A stretch of 63,994 nt of DNA, the filler included, from Basidiobolus ranarum (lineage: Eukaryota), in assembly GCA_040143965.1 (NCBI GenBank). It is 4 parts of 4 records of this genome, joined end to end, with 100 filler letters (N's around TTAATTAATTAA, not from the genome) between each part and the next. Parts side by side here need not be neighbours in the genome. Positions count along the whole stretch, not along the records: positions 1 to 16,967 come from JASJQH010007196.1; positions 17,068 to 34,028 come from JASJQH010007197.1; 2 more parts are not named here. One strand, written 5' to 3'. This document shows positions 13,158 to 24,506 of this stretch, one piece after another. How positions within the stretch are numbered: the first letter of the stretch is position 1; every line of letters starts with the position of its first letter. A model generated the notes under the pieces. That model did no database searches and was not told the origin of the DNA. It saw nothing but the letters and a program-made list of their open reading frames with translations. The position numbers and the translations under genes are program-made.

Positions 13158-16100
13158 ATGACGAACTCATTACCAAATTTATTGGAACTAGACGACCGAC
13201 AACTAGTTGAGAAGTTCCGTAAGTTATTCACTTTTGCTTCGGATAGAAAGAACACAGTTCCTTCTTTCATAAAACAGTCCTTTCTGACCTTTGCCTTTTG
13301 TATTGGTGTTCCATAGGGACAATCACTTACCCAATACTTGAAGCTTCCAAACATTCCCAAGAACACTTAGTCTCACATTCTGTAAATTTTTATTGCTGTT
13401 GTGGTACTGTGGGATGTGCAAAATACCTGGAGGGGGATCAGAAGATTCAAGATAGAGACTCTCAGCTCACTCTTTTAGCAGGTATTGCTTATACAATCGA
13501 ATCATGTATATATACAATTCTTATTTTATCAACAATATAGAACTCGGCAACGCGATATTACTGAAACATGAAGCACACATTCAAAACTCAGTTTTCGCTA
13601 TAAAAACCGCTCAGCAACAGGTTCCCTACATTTAGTCGTATATTTCCATGCATCACTCAACTAATGACTAAACTCTCTTATTCTAGTGCGAAGAGAAGGA
13701 TATTGAAATCAGAGAAATCCTTTTCATGGCACAGCAACTGAAAAGTGATATGGAAGCAATCGAAGAATCTCGAGATAACTTATATGTATCTACTTTAAAA
13801 ATGGAAAAGGTACTTGAATAATAGTGCAATTATCTCCCCTCTTTGGTCTAAATCTCACCAACGTTTTCACTATGATATAGACACTATTAGCCGTATCAGA
13901 AGATTTGGAGGAGTCGAATTTCCGTATACGTGAACTCGGTTTGGAATTAGACGAACAGATTCAAGTCAATGAAAAACTACGTTCTGAAACAGTTAGAGCG
14001 CGTCGATCCACTGCCAAGGTGGATGAGTGGAAAGAAAAAGTAAACACCATTCCACGTGAATCCTCGGTATCACGATTTGATTATTTACCTTTTGACACTG
14101 ATAGGCAATTAATCTACAACAAGAATTGGACAAGTCACGTGAATCCGAGACAGCTTGTCTTACTAGAATGCGTACTTTAAAAGAATCATATAGTAATTAG
14201 CATTTATATAAGTCTTGGTGACGACTTTCTTTAACTGTGTGTATTTACGTAGGCGAGCTGGAGGAATTGTACGAACATCTTCTTATCAAACACCAAGAGT
14301 TGACTTATGAGCGGGAGAATTATGAAGCACTCTCATGGTTGCGTGACTCTAACGAGAAGCTCCGTGAACAAATTTCTTATGTAAGATTTCCATTATCCTT
14401 CATCGCATTCCACATTTCATTACTGATCCTTTGGCCATTAAAGCTGAAATTTAGTATGCTAGATCGTTCGTATGATGAAGGCGAAGAAAACGATGGCATA
14501 ATTTCCATTCTGAAGGAACTAACTGAAGAAAATGTTAGACTAAAGTCAGAGATCGCTGAATATTGTGAGCTTTTAACAGAAACACGCAATGAAACTTCAA
14601 CACTAAGAGCCAAATTGGAAGATCTGAACTTTGGTCACTTATCTACAGATCCTTTGGATAGCGTGTATGCTAATCTGGATGAAAATTGCCATGATTTAAA
14701 TGTTTCTTTCTACCACTCGAATACGGAACGCCCCGAGCACAACGAACTTGAACTTCATTGTGTTTCTGCGCCTTTAACTACACCTTGTTGGAGTGAGCTT
14801 CAAAACAGATCCGTAAGACCATCAACGGCACCTACCTCCCCTGAAGGAACCTTCGTTGTAAGGAACACAATGTTTGGAGAGCTAGAGAAGTATGTTCGTA
14901 AGAAAAGACGGGAAAGAAGAAGATACAGAAGCTCATACTCTGGAAGAAATCGGGACTCTGAATCCATTAGCAATGAATCTTTTACAGATACATCAGATAC
15001 CCAAAGTGTTTACTCTAGCGAAAACTTGAGCGAGGTACTATCTTGATCTTATATATTAACATTTGTATTTTTTATAACCTAACTAGCATTTGCTCAATCA
15101 TCCTCTTTATAGTCTTTAACATCTAATAATACTTCAAATAAGGGACAGTTATCTCCAGACATGCCCCCAAGTGAGGTCGAGGGGATCGATATATCGTTGG
15201 AAGAATCCAATGAGAAATTCAGTGAACAATCAGGTAATGATCATAAGATAAAGACACCCGAACACATACTAACAAGAATCTCTCTAACACCTGGATGTAT
15301 TATGTAAAATCTAGATCATATCGACTCTGAGACATTTGTTAGCAGTGTAGTCAAAGATGCCTCTGAATCCCATCCTGATGAAACAGCTTGCGATGCAAAC
15401 ACCAAAGGTATATATATTTCTGATGATATGAAGACCATCACTCAAATCATTAACAACCATAATATTCACCAATCAAGTTGATACTTTGACTGATGATAAT
15501 ATGAATTGTGAGCATCAGCTTAGTGATAAACCCTGCAACTTGAATGAGGAACTTCCATCAACGCAGCAGAAATCTGGCCAAGAACTTTCTCCTAAAGAAT
15601 TAAATTCAACCGAAATAGAGGAAATGACTACCAAGATTTCGGAGCCCACAATAAGAATTCAGGAAGGTTTCTTCACCCCACAGCCTAAAGCTGCCAAAAT
15701 ACATTCCGAATTTGGAACACCACTTCTAGGAGGGAACAAGGATTTCTGGCTTGAAACAAGGACAAAGGATGACCGTTCTAACATCTTGACTACTTCCACG
15801 CAAAAAGGTGTGAAAGAATTGAAAAATGCTAGAATTGAATTCAAAGGAAAGCACTATATTCGTCATCGAGTTCATTCTGATGCTAGCACTCAAAGACCAC
15901 TCAATCGATTACCTGGGACTATCGACAAAAATGAAACATCAAAAGTACACTTTCTCCGTCAACAGAGAAGTGTAAATGCTGATTTAGGATTTGCAAAAAA
16001 ACTGGAATGGCTATCGGTAGTCCCCAACACTGAGTGGACCAGTCCAAAAGGACCATATGCTAAGAGGTCGCCAATATCCCCGCTGTCATTGAAATTTGCA

Positions 16101-16967
16101 AGTGTCCAAACTATGAATCTTGATAGCCAAGAAGATGTTTTCAAAACCTCCAATAGTAATAGAGAAGGTATGAACACACTAATCCAGCCATACCAATGTA
16201 TATTTGCTTACCATTCTATCAATCATGTAGCCTATATCAAGAAGTCGCACGCTTTACCCAAGTGTCAGCTGTCCACCCCTAAGGACGCATTGAGTCATGT
16301 ATACCAGATATACAAATACTCATCAACCATGTTTGATCGTATTCGTTCTACTGAAATGACTCATTTAAACCGATCAACGCGTAAAGCTTTTGACGTAAAT
16401 GGACTATCGAAAACTAGTAATGTCATGTTAAACAATATTGTACAAGAAATATCCAACATGAACAAGCATCTCGAATCGACTGCACCAAACGAGCAACCTG
16501 TAGATAATTCAAGGCTTAGCAATGAACAAGCAGGAAATATGGGGCTAAACCTATTAACAGAGCTACTACAAGACATCTTGAAGGATATGGCCACATTACG
16601 TATGACCTCCAATGACTATACTGTTGCTTATTACCACTTACTTGATCAGAAGCAAAAGGAGGCTAGCAAAGAAGCAGGATTTTCTCCTAATCCTCCAGCA
16701 TCACACTCTTCTAAACCTCGGAACACGCCTATCTACCGAACTAAACTCAATCCTGAGCCGCTTTTAGCTACTCATGTAACTCCGGTATCTGGTACATTAA
16801 TATCTCCTACTTCACAAACTCGGGGCAACTCAAACGTGTGTACCTCACAACTCTCTTCATTCATCAAGAACAACTCAACCAACACAGCAACTCTTGAGTC
16901 GGAGGTCTGGTACAATCGATATGGAATCCATAGAGAGAATAGATATCAACACTCTGCCTCAAACTGG
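13158..16967 (+). CDS. Large multi-exon coiled-coil protein with N-terminal CCCG..C and CC1-box-like motif; truncated by contig end
   Basis: Consistent GT-AG introns join the exons. YCCCGTVGC...DSQLTLLAELGNAILLKHE is followed by long E/L/K heptad-rich segments, then a low-complexity tail running into the N spacer. Confidence 0.75.
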
Positions 16968-17067
16968 NNNNNNNNNNNNNNNNNNNNNNNNNNNNNNNNN
17001 NNNNNNNNNNNTTAATTAATTAANNNNNNNNNNNNNNNNNNNNNNNNNNNNNNNNNNNNNNNNNNNN
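16968..17067. other. Artificial contig spacer (44 N + TTAATTAATTAA + 44 N)
   Basis: Exactly 100 nt; the core has stops in all six frames; identical to the other two spacers. Confidence 0.97.
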
Positions 17068-17176
17068 CTAAGTAAATTCCTTATGAGAATAATTGATAAT
17101 ATCTTAGTGAATTATAAGATAACTAAGTACTAAGCTATATATGACTATATAGGTGTTTAGGCAATGCTAATTTCAA
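17068..17176. repeat. Dispersed repeat end (copy A) abutting the truncated Fanzor; possible LTR or MITE terminus
   Basis: Aligns with 26767-26875, including TACTAAGCTATATATGACTATAT(A/G)GGTGTTTAGGCAATGCTAATT. Both copies end at ...CAA at the same boundary. Confidence 0.8.
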
Positions 17177-18604
17177 CACAAGATACTTTTCTCTTTTGTA
17201 CTGTCTAATCTTTTGTACTACCTGACACTTTTCCAATTCACTGCAGTGGCAAGTAGGGGACAGACTCTAGTTTTAAACTCGTCAAGGAGGTATAACTGGA
17301 AGTGTTCTTTGGTTAGCATTTTTCTCATTCCGATGCCTCTACTGGGGTCCTGATACTTTACATTTCCAGCCAACCAGTTACCACTCGAATATTCTGACTT
17401 TAAGTTCTCTCTGAGCTTCATGAAATTTCTGCATTTTGTTTCGATTGCATTTTGGTTATTGGTATATTGGTAAACCATTTTGTTTTCAGCGGTACTTTCT
17501 ACGTGCATACAGCACAGCAAATTGCGACATCCAGGATCAATTAGCACACATTTGCCAACACCGGCCAACAACTCTTCTCTTGCTAACTTCTCCACATACT
17601 GAAACTCCTCCTCTTCTGAAGCAATAGACTTTGACTTTGCGCCACCACCACCCTTCTTCTTGGTATTGTGGTTTTGCTTAAACACCGAGACCATATGTGT
17701 ACATCACACCTCAAAACTTCGTTGACTTGCTTTGATGTGAGGTCAATATTGGTTCCTCATACTACTTCTTTATCCAAGTGGCTGGTGATAGAGTTCTTTA
17801 AAATTTGAATACTTAAAATATACATACTGATTGTCATGTAGGATGGTATGAAACCTTTTCTCGGAAATGGAAAGCAGTTAAATGACTTGTTTCGGAGAGC
17901 TTCGCATATGCTTGACAGTCTAGCATACGCCTTTATATGCTTGAGAGGGTTGCTTTTGCCGTCGTAATAGATCGAGTCTTTTGCAAATCGATAAACTGTC
18001 GAATACAGGCCAAAAAGATTATAGATCATATTCAAATTATTTGAAGATAGAAATTCTTTAGGTATATCTTCAATATTTCTTGACAAAATAGCCAGCCTGA
18101 CCTTCTTTACATGCTCTTTTATTGTCTATATAGCTGCTGTAATCTCTTTCCCGCCTCCCTCGTTCTTCAAGAGTAAGTTGAGAAACTTCTAACTTTATTT
18201 CCAAATTGAAGGTTGACCCCGTTCAGATAAGCAGTGACAATTTTTGCCACTTCATAAGAAGCTACCTGATGAACACACTTCAAGTTGACTGGTTCGTAAA
18301 AACAGCACTGAAAGTACTTAGACTGATATTCGAGTATTAGACCTTTGTAGGCTCCTGATACTATTGAAGCTTTCTGTTTGTCTAGCTTGTAGTTATAGAG
18401 GAGTGAAATAAACTTTAAAAAAATCAACATTAATGAAATCCTCCAAATGAAACTCAAGATTATCTTTTAGTTCAAGATGTACTTCAAAAAGGAAAACAAA
18501 TGTGACACAGGGGTATGAATATTAGTTACAAGTGACATGGGTGGCGGAACATATATACCAGCGATTGAGATCTTGGCTGCTATAATCTTTAGAGGTGGTT
18601 CCAT
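17177..18604 (-). pseudogene. Fanzor (eukaryotic TnpB-like RNA-guided RuvC nuclease, Fanzor1-type) pseudogene; transposon remnant
   Basis: Frameshifted segments: MEPPLKIIAAKISIAGI..., QVASYEVAKIVTAYLNGVNLQFGNKVR, SIYYDGKSNPLKH, FNCFP..KGFIPSYMTI, VSVFKQN, GKCVLIDPG (RuvC-I Asp), GNW.AGNVKYQDP.RGIGMRKML, LLDEFKT (rearranged RuvC-II Glu), then partial Zn-finger PTCHC and QYKREKY. Internal deletion; RuvC-III absent. Confidence 0.85.
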
Positions 18605-18711
18605 AAAGAGAAGAAGGGAAAAGGAGAATCGACATCTTTTTTAGTTTACGGATAGAAATATTTGTTAAGCATATACTCTCGAAAAACAATGCTTAGATAG
18701 CTAAGATTTGG

Positions 18712-19048
18712 AGTACAAGTGAGACTCTCTAGTTCCATTTCTTCTAACATGCTCTCAGGTTGTGAGTAAAAATATGGATGCGGTTATAGAGCTACGATTT
18801 TCATATATAGCCAAGTTGATGGTAATGAGGTTTGCATGTAATATAGCATCTGAGATGAAGTACAAGATGTAATCAATATTTTAAGATCCTTCTCTCACCT
18901 ATAGTCTTACTCATGCAGTGGAATATACTCAATACACAGAATATAATTTTGGATGCATCCTAAAGCGTTCATACTTCTTCCCAGTTGGTGTAACAAGAGA
19001 TGATGATTTGAAAGAATATTCCATGATAACCATTATACATAGAATTTA
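18712..19048. repeat. Unclassified ~335-bp dispersed repeat, copy 1 (just upstream of Fanzor)
   Basis: Aligns in direct orientation with 24174-24506; shared blocks CTTCTCTCACCTATAGTCTTACTCATGCAGTGGAATATACTCAAT and CTTCTTCCCAGTTGGTGTAACAAGAGATGATGATT. Confidence 0.88.
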
Positions 19049-19308
19049 CATTATAATACAACTTCGACTTCAGTATATTATGAGGTGGAGAAATATTTAA
19101 GCATTTGTTACAAGATGTACCGACTGTTCGAACGGAAAAATTTAATTCTACCTAACCAGTGGTTTAACATCTCAATTAACGAACGATTACATCGCTATTT
19201 CTCACAATTAAACATCAATTATTATTCAAACATGAAGTTTATTATATTAAATATTATGCTAATAGCAAAAATTAAAGATCATAACCAACACACTAAATGA
19301 AAATCCTA

Positions 19309-20776
19309 TTAATGGTATAATTCAGAATCACCTAAGCAGTCAGCAACGGTGGTGATCTTGAAGCCAGACTTGATGACGGTATCCAAGATACCAGCAGCAG
19401 CCTTGATGGTGCTGGGTTGGATGTCATGTTGGAGGGAGATGAAACGATCATTCTTCAAGTTGGCCTTAGCGAGGACATCCTTGTAAACCTTGAGGGTCTT
19501 TTGTGAGTTCTTGTGTTCCCAGTCAAGGGTATCGACGTTCCAGTTGATGACCTTGTAGCCCATATCCTTCATGATGGTAAGAGCCTTGGCGTTGTATTCA
19601 CCATATGGAGGACGCATGTATTGAGGACGCTTGCCAATAACCTTGAAGATGGCATCGGCGGTCTTGGTCATTTCGGAGCGGATCTTGGATTCAGAAGTCT
19701 TGGCAAGACTGATGTGAGTGTAGGTGTGGGAGGCGATGTGATGGCCTTCATCATAGGCACGCTTGAGGAATTTGCGACCTTGATCAGACTCGAGCACTAT
19801 AAACAAAATCAGAAAAGGTTGTTGTTAGCAATCAGCTGGATAGAGTGTCTATAGAGTGGAACACAGAGCAAATTAGCTCAAGTATGATTTACTTACTTTC
19901 ACCAACAACGAAGAAAGTAACCTTGACATTTCTGGCTTTCAAATCGTTAAGAAGTTGACCGGTGTATTCACTTGGTCCATCATCGAAAGTGACGGCGAAA
20001 GTGCCAGCTTTGTTGCAAGTCTCGATGATCTTACCAGTGGGGACCTTACCTCCTGGTTGAACAGGGGGGTTGGGAGGTTGAGGAGGATTGCTGCCACAGT
20101 ACTCTTCGGTATTACCGCAGTATCCATATTCAGAACAGCAGTATCCGGAGGGGCACTGAACCAAAACCTTGCCCTTCAAACCACAAGTCCAATCACTTGA
20201 GATGACGGTCTTGGTGGGATTAGGACTGGTAGAGACAGTGGTACTAGGCTTGCCAGTAGGCTTAACAGAGGTGGTGGGCTGAGGGTTTTTGCAGTACTCC
20301 TCGGTGTTTCCACAATATCCGTATTCTGAGCAGCAGTATCCAGAGGGGCACTGAACCAAAATCTTACCCTTTAAACCGCAAGTCCAATCACTTGAAATGA
20401 TGGTCTTGGTGGGCTTAGGGCCAGTAGAGACAGTGGTACTAGGCTTGCTAGTAGGCTTGACAGAGGTGGTGGGCTTGGGCTTCTTGCATTGGAACAAACA
20501 GTCGGTCACGCAATGCTCCTTGGAAGTTCCACACCTAATCAAATATCAACAGAAAATCTCTTGGTTAGACCCTCTCGCCGGATATCTCCTAGCTGGTATC
20601 AATTAATACCAAATGTACACTTACCATCCGAAGGAAGAGCAGCACTCGCCACTAGGGCAGGTGACTTTCTCACCATTGATCATCCCGCATCTATCATCCT
20701 TGGAAACACGAGCTTGGATAGCTGTGACCTGAAGAAAGACGGCAATGGAAATAAGCACAGCTTTGGAGAAATACAT
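19309..20776 (-). CDS. Secreted chitin deacetylase: 3 x CBM18 (hevein-like) plus CE4 NodB domain, copy 1, 3 exons
   Basis: Signal peptide MYFSKAVLISIAVFLQVTAIQA; CPSGECCSSFGWCG and two CPSGYCCSEYGYCG modules with P/T/K linkers; CE4 motifs TFDDGP, SHTYTH, RPPYG, DTLDW, LQHD. Confidence 0.93.
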
Positions 20777-21603
20777 TGTTAGAGAAGAGGATTAATGGTT
20801 ACTATAGGAATTACTTTTCCAGATTATATACACAAGGAATCCTATGAAAATCACCAGCAGTTCACTTTTCGATGTCTCAATCTCCCAGCAATGTTACACC
20901 ACATTTGTACTCCTACTTAGCTACCTTCAATTAGAGGCGAAACTCAATGGCCACGAAGATTCGGTGCTACTCTTTGGATATATCTGGAGATGTTTGGTAA
21001 ATCAACCAAAACATACAAAATATTCACATTATGACGTAGTGAACTATTATTATCCACGATAGATTCAAGTAGTCAGTTTATTTAGTTTCACTCCGAATCA
21101 CCAAATATTTTGCAATCTACTAGAGCGTCTTTGATTGGTTATTGTTCTTCTACCACGAGGTTTATACTCTTCTTAGAAAATCGTTCGATTGATACGTTAA
21201 TTCCATTTATAGGACTCTTTCAACTGGCATCTTAGGTCTTAATTAGCAGCCGTGTAACCAAGCCTTCCATGTTATAGCATATCTCATTTAACCTTTAATC
21301 ACTTATTTTGCATTTACCAACGATTTACTCATACTTCATAGTCTTATTCTTAATATTTAAGCACTTGGCCTTCATTCTAGAATTGACACGTTCAAACCAT
21401 TCTTTCAACCGTGAAGGTAAATGCATCACTAAATCAGCTTCGAAGGTAATTTTGTCATCGCATCTTGCTACATTCAAAATTGGCTGCGAATAGCGAAAAC
21501 AAAAACAACATAATATCATTACACTTTATTAGATTAATAAAATTAATTATGCGTCCAAATGAGAAAGTTGATATGCAGCTGGTTAGAAAAGAGAGATAAT
21601 AAC

Positions 21604-23071
21604 TTAGTGATATAATTCAGAGTCACCCAAGCAGTCAGCAACGGTGGTGATCTTGAAGCCAGACTTGATGACGGTATCCAAGATACCAGCAGCAGCCTTG
21701 ATGGTGCTGGGTTGGATGTCATGTTGGAGGGAGATGAAACGATCATTCTTCAAGTTGGCCTTAGCGAGGACATCCTTGTAAACCTTGAGGGTCTTTTGTG
21801 AGTTCTTGTGTTCCCAGTCAAGGGTATCGACGTTCCAGTTGATGACCTTGTAGCCCATATCCTTCATGATGGTAAGAGCCTTGGCGTTGTATTCACCATA
21901 TGGAGGACGCATGTATTGAGGACGCTTGCCAATAACCTTGAAAATGGCATCGGCGGTCTTGGTCATTTCGGAGCGGATCTTGGATTCAGAAGTCTTGGCA
22001 AGACTGATGTGAGTGTAGGTGTGGGAGGCGATGTGATGGCCTTCATCATAGGCACGCTTGAGGAATTTACGACCTTGATCAGACTCGAGCACTATAAACA
22101 AAATCAAAAAAGGTTGTTGTTAGCAATCAGCTGGATAGAGTGTCTATAGAGTGGAACACAGAGCAAATTAGCTCAAGTATGATTTACTTACTTTCACCAA
22201 CAACGAAGAAAGTAACCTTGACATTTCTGGCCTTCAAATCGTCAAGAAGTTGACCGGTGTATTCACTTGGTCCATCATCGAAAGTGACGGCGAAAGTGCC
22301 AGCTTTGTTGCAAGTCTCGATGATCTTACCAGTGGGGACCTTACCTCCTGGTTGAACAGGGGGGTTGGTAGGTTGAGGAGGATTGCTGCCACAGTACTCT
22401 TCGGTATTACCGCAGTATCCATATTCAGAACAGCAGTATCCGGAGGGGCACTGAACCAAAACCTTGACCTTCAAACCACAAGTCCAATCACTTGAGATGA
22501 CGGTCTTGGTGGGATTAGGACTGGTAGAGACAGTGGTACTAGGCTTGCCAGTAGGCTTAACAGAGGTGGTGGGCTGAGGGTTTTTGCAGTACTCCTCGGT
22601 GTTTCCACAATATCCGTATTCTGAGCAGCAGTATCCAGAGGGGCACTGAACCAAAATCTTACCCTTTAAACCGCAAGTCCAATCACTTGAAATGATGGTC
22701 TTGGTGGGCTTAGGGCCAGTAGAGACAGTGGTACTAGGCTTGCTAGTAGGCTTGACAGAGGTGGTGGGCTTGGGCTTCTTGCATTGGAACAAACAGTCGG
22801 TCACGCAATGCTCCTTGGAAGTTCCACACCTAATCAAATATCAACAGAAAATCTCTTGGTTAGACCCTCTCGCCGGATATCTCCTAGCTGGTATCAATTA
22901 ATACCAAATGTACACTTACCATCCGAAGGAAGAGCAGCACTCGCCACTAGGGCAGGTGACTTTCTCACCATTGATCATCCCGCATCTATCATCCTTGGAA
23001 ACACGAGCTTGGATAGCTGTGACCTGAAGAAAGACGGCAATGGAAATAAGCACAGCTTTGGAGAAATACAT
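21604..23071 (-). CDS. Secreted chitin deacetylase: 3 x CBM18 plus CE4 domain, copy 2, 3 exons
   Basis: Near-identical to copy 1 at an offset of 2295 bp, introns included. Confidence 0.93.
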
Positions 23072-24173
23072 TATTCAAAGATAGGATTGTTGAATTGTAA
23101 GAGACTTCCAACGCTCACTTATATATTCCTCTATTCCAAAAGAATGGTGAGTAGTGTGGTAACACCACTTGATGACTCTCATATTCTATAAGAAACTCCA
23201 ATTCTGTTTGTTCATTTCCGTTATATTGGTCAAACATTTAAGATATGATTGAATGGTTAACTTTTTTGGTAGATATTTTGGTCATGTCATGCATTGCTGG
23301 TCCATCTGTTTATAGTAGCAAAAGATCCGTTTCCTTTTTCACAGATGCATTGGATATTGCAGTTGATCCATGCGATTTTCGCCCACCGGAATTAATATTT
23401 TTGGTTATCATGCGAAATGAGCATATCTCTTGGTTCTAGATTGTAGTAATATTCTAAGGCAGCTGGTATTGAGCATATGACTTCATAAAGTCAGATATTT
23501 TTGATCCGCTCCTCATCAGGTTTCAGGAATTGGATAGTAGTCTAGTGCAAATCAAAGAGCAACAGGGTAGCCTATCGGAATCGAACGACAGCATATGTCT
23601 AGGTTATTATAGAACATTCGTATCTCAATAGATACTGAAAGTTGGCGTCAGTAACGTTAGTCTAATTTAGAAAACCAGTTTACGTGTTACTCAGGGAGTG
23701 AATGTTTCCGATCTGACGGGCATACTGAGGGTACTCAAGTAATTACACTGACACAAGCATACGCCATTGAGTGAATTAAATCTTTCATATTCACCTACAG
23801 TGTTTCAAAAATACTGGACACAACAGCTTGGCCATTGTATTAAATAACTGGATTCTTCCAAAGTTGATTGACTGTCTTTTTTCACTGAACCTGAAATTTA
23901 TTTGTACTACAACCCAAGAATATTCGAAACCAGGAGCTTGAGGTCGAAAACGGTTACATGTAGTGTGCTGATACCATGGCGTTTCTAGGGCCTCAGTAAC
24001 TTCTCATTATTGGAAGATTTCCAGGAACCTTGATATATCTAATGGCTCACTAGACGCCACCAACTCAGTGCTAATTGTTCGTCATCCGGTAACAAAACCG
24101 AAATGCAGTCTCGTTCGATTTAGGAAATTCATATTGTCTAGTATAGGATGAAGCAGCTTCTCGAAAGGGTTGT

Positions 24174-24506
24174 AGTATACGTGAAACCACTGGTTCCATT
24201 TCTTCCAACATGCCCTTCGGTTGTGTGTAAGTATATATTTACGCTTATAGAGCTACGCTTTTTGTATGTAGCCAAGTTGACGGTAACGAGGTTTGCATGT
24301 AGTATAACATCCGAGATGTACAATGTGTAATCAATATTTTAAGATGCTTCTCTCACCTATAGTCTTACTCATGCAGTGGAATATACTCAATCCGCAGAAT
24401 AATCTTTTCGATTCATCCCAAAGCGTTTATGCTTCTTCCCAGTTGGTGTAACAAGAGATGATGATTAGGAAGAATATTCCATAATAAATATCATACATAG
24501 GATTAG
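24174..24506. repeat. Unclassified ~335-bp dispersed repeat, copy 2
   Basis: Direct-orientation homolog of 18712-19048. Confidence 0.88.

Noticed and set aside
19513-23191. Plus-strand ORFs overlapping the deacetylase genes
   Set aside because: Antisense shadows of strongly biased codon usage; no motifs.
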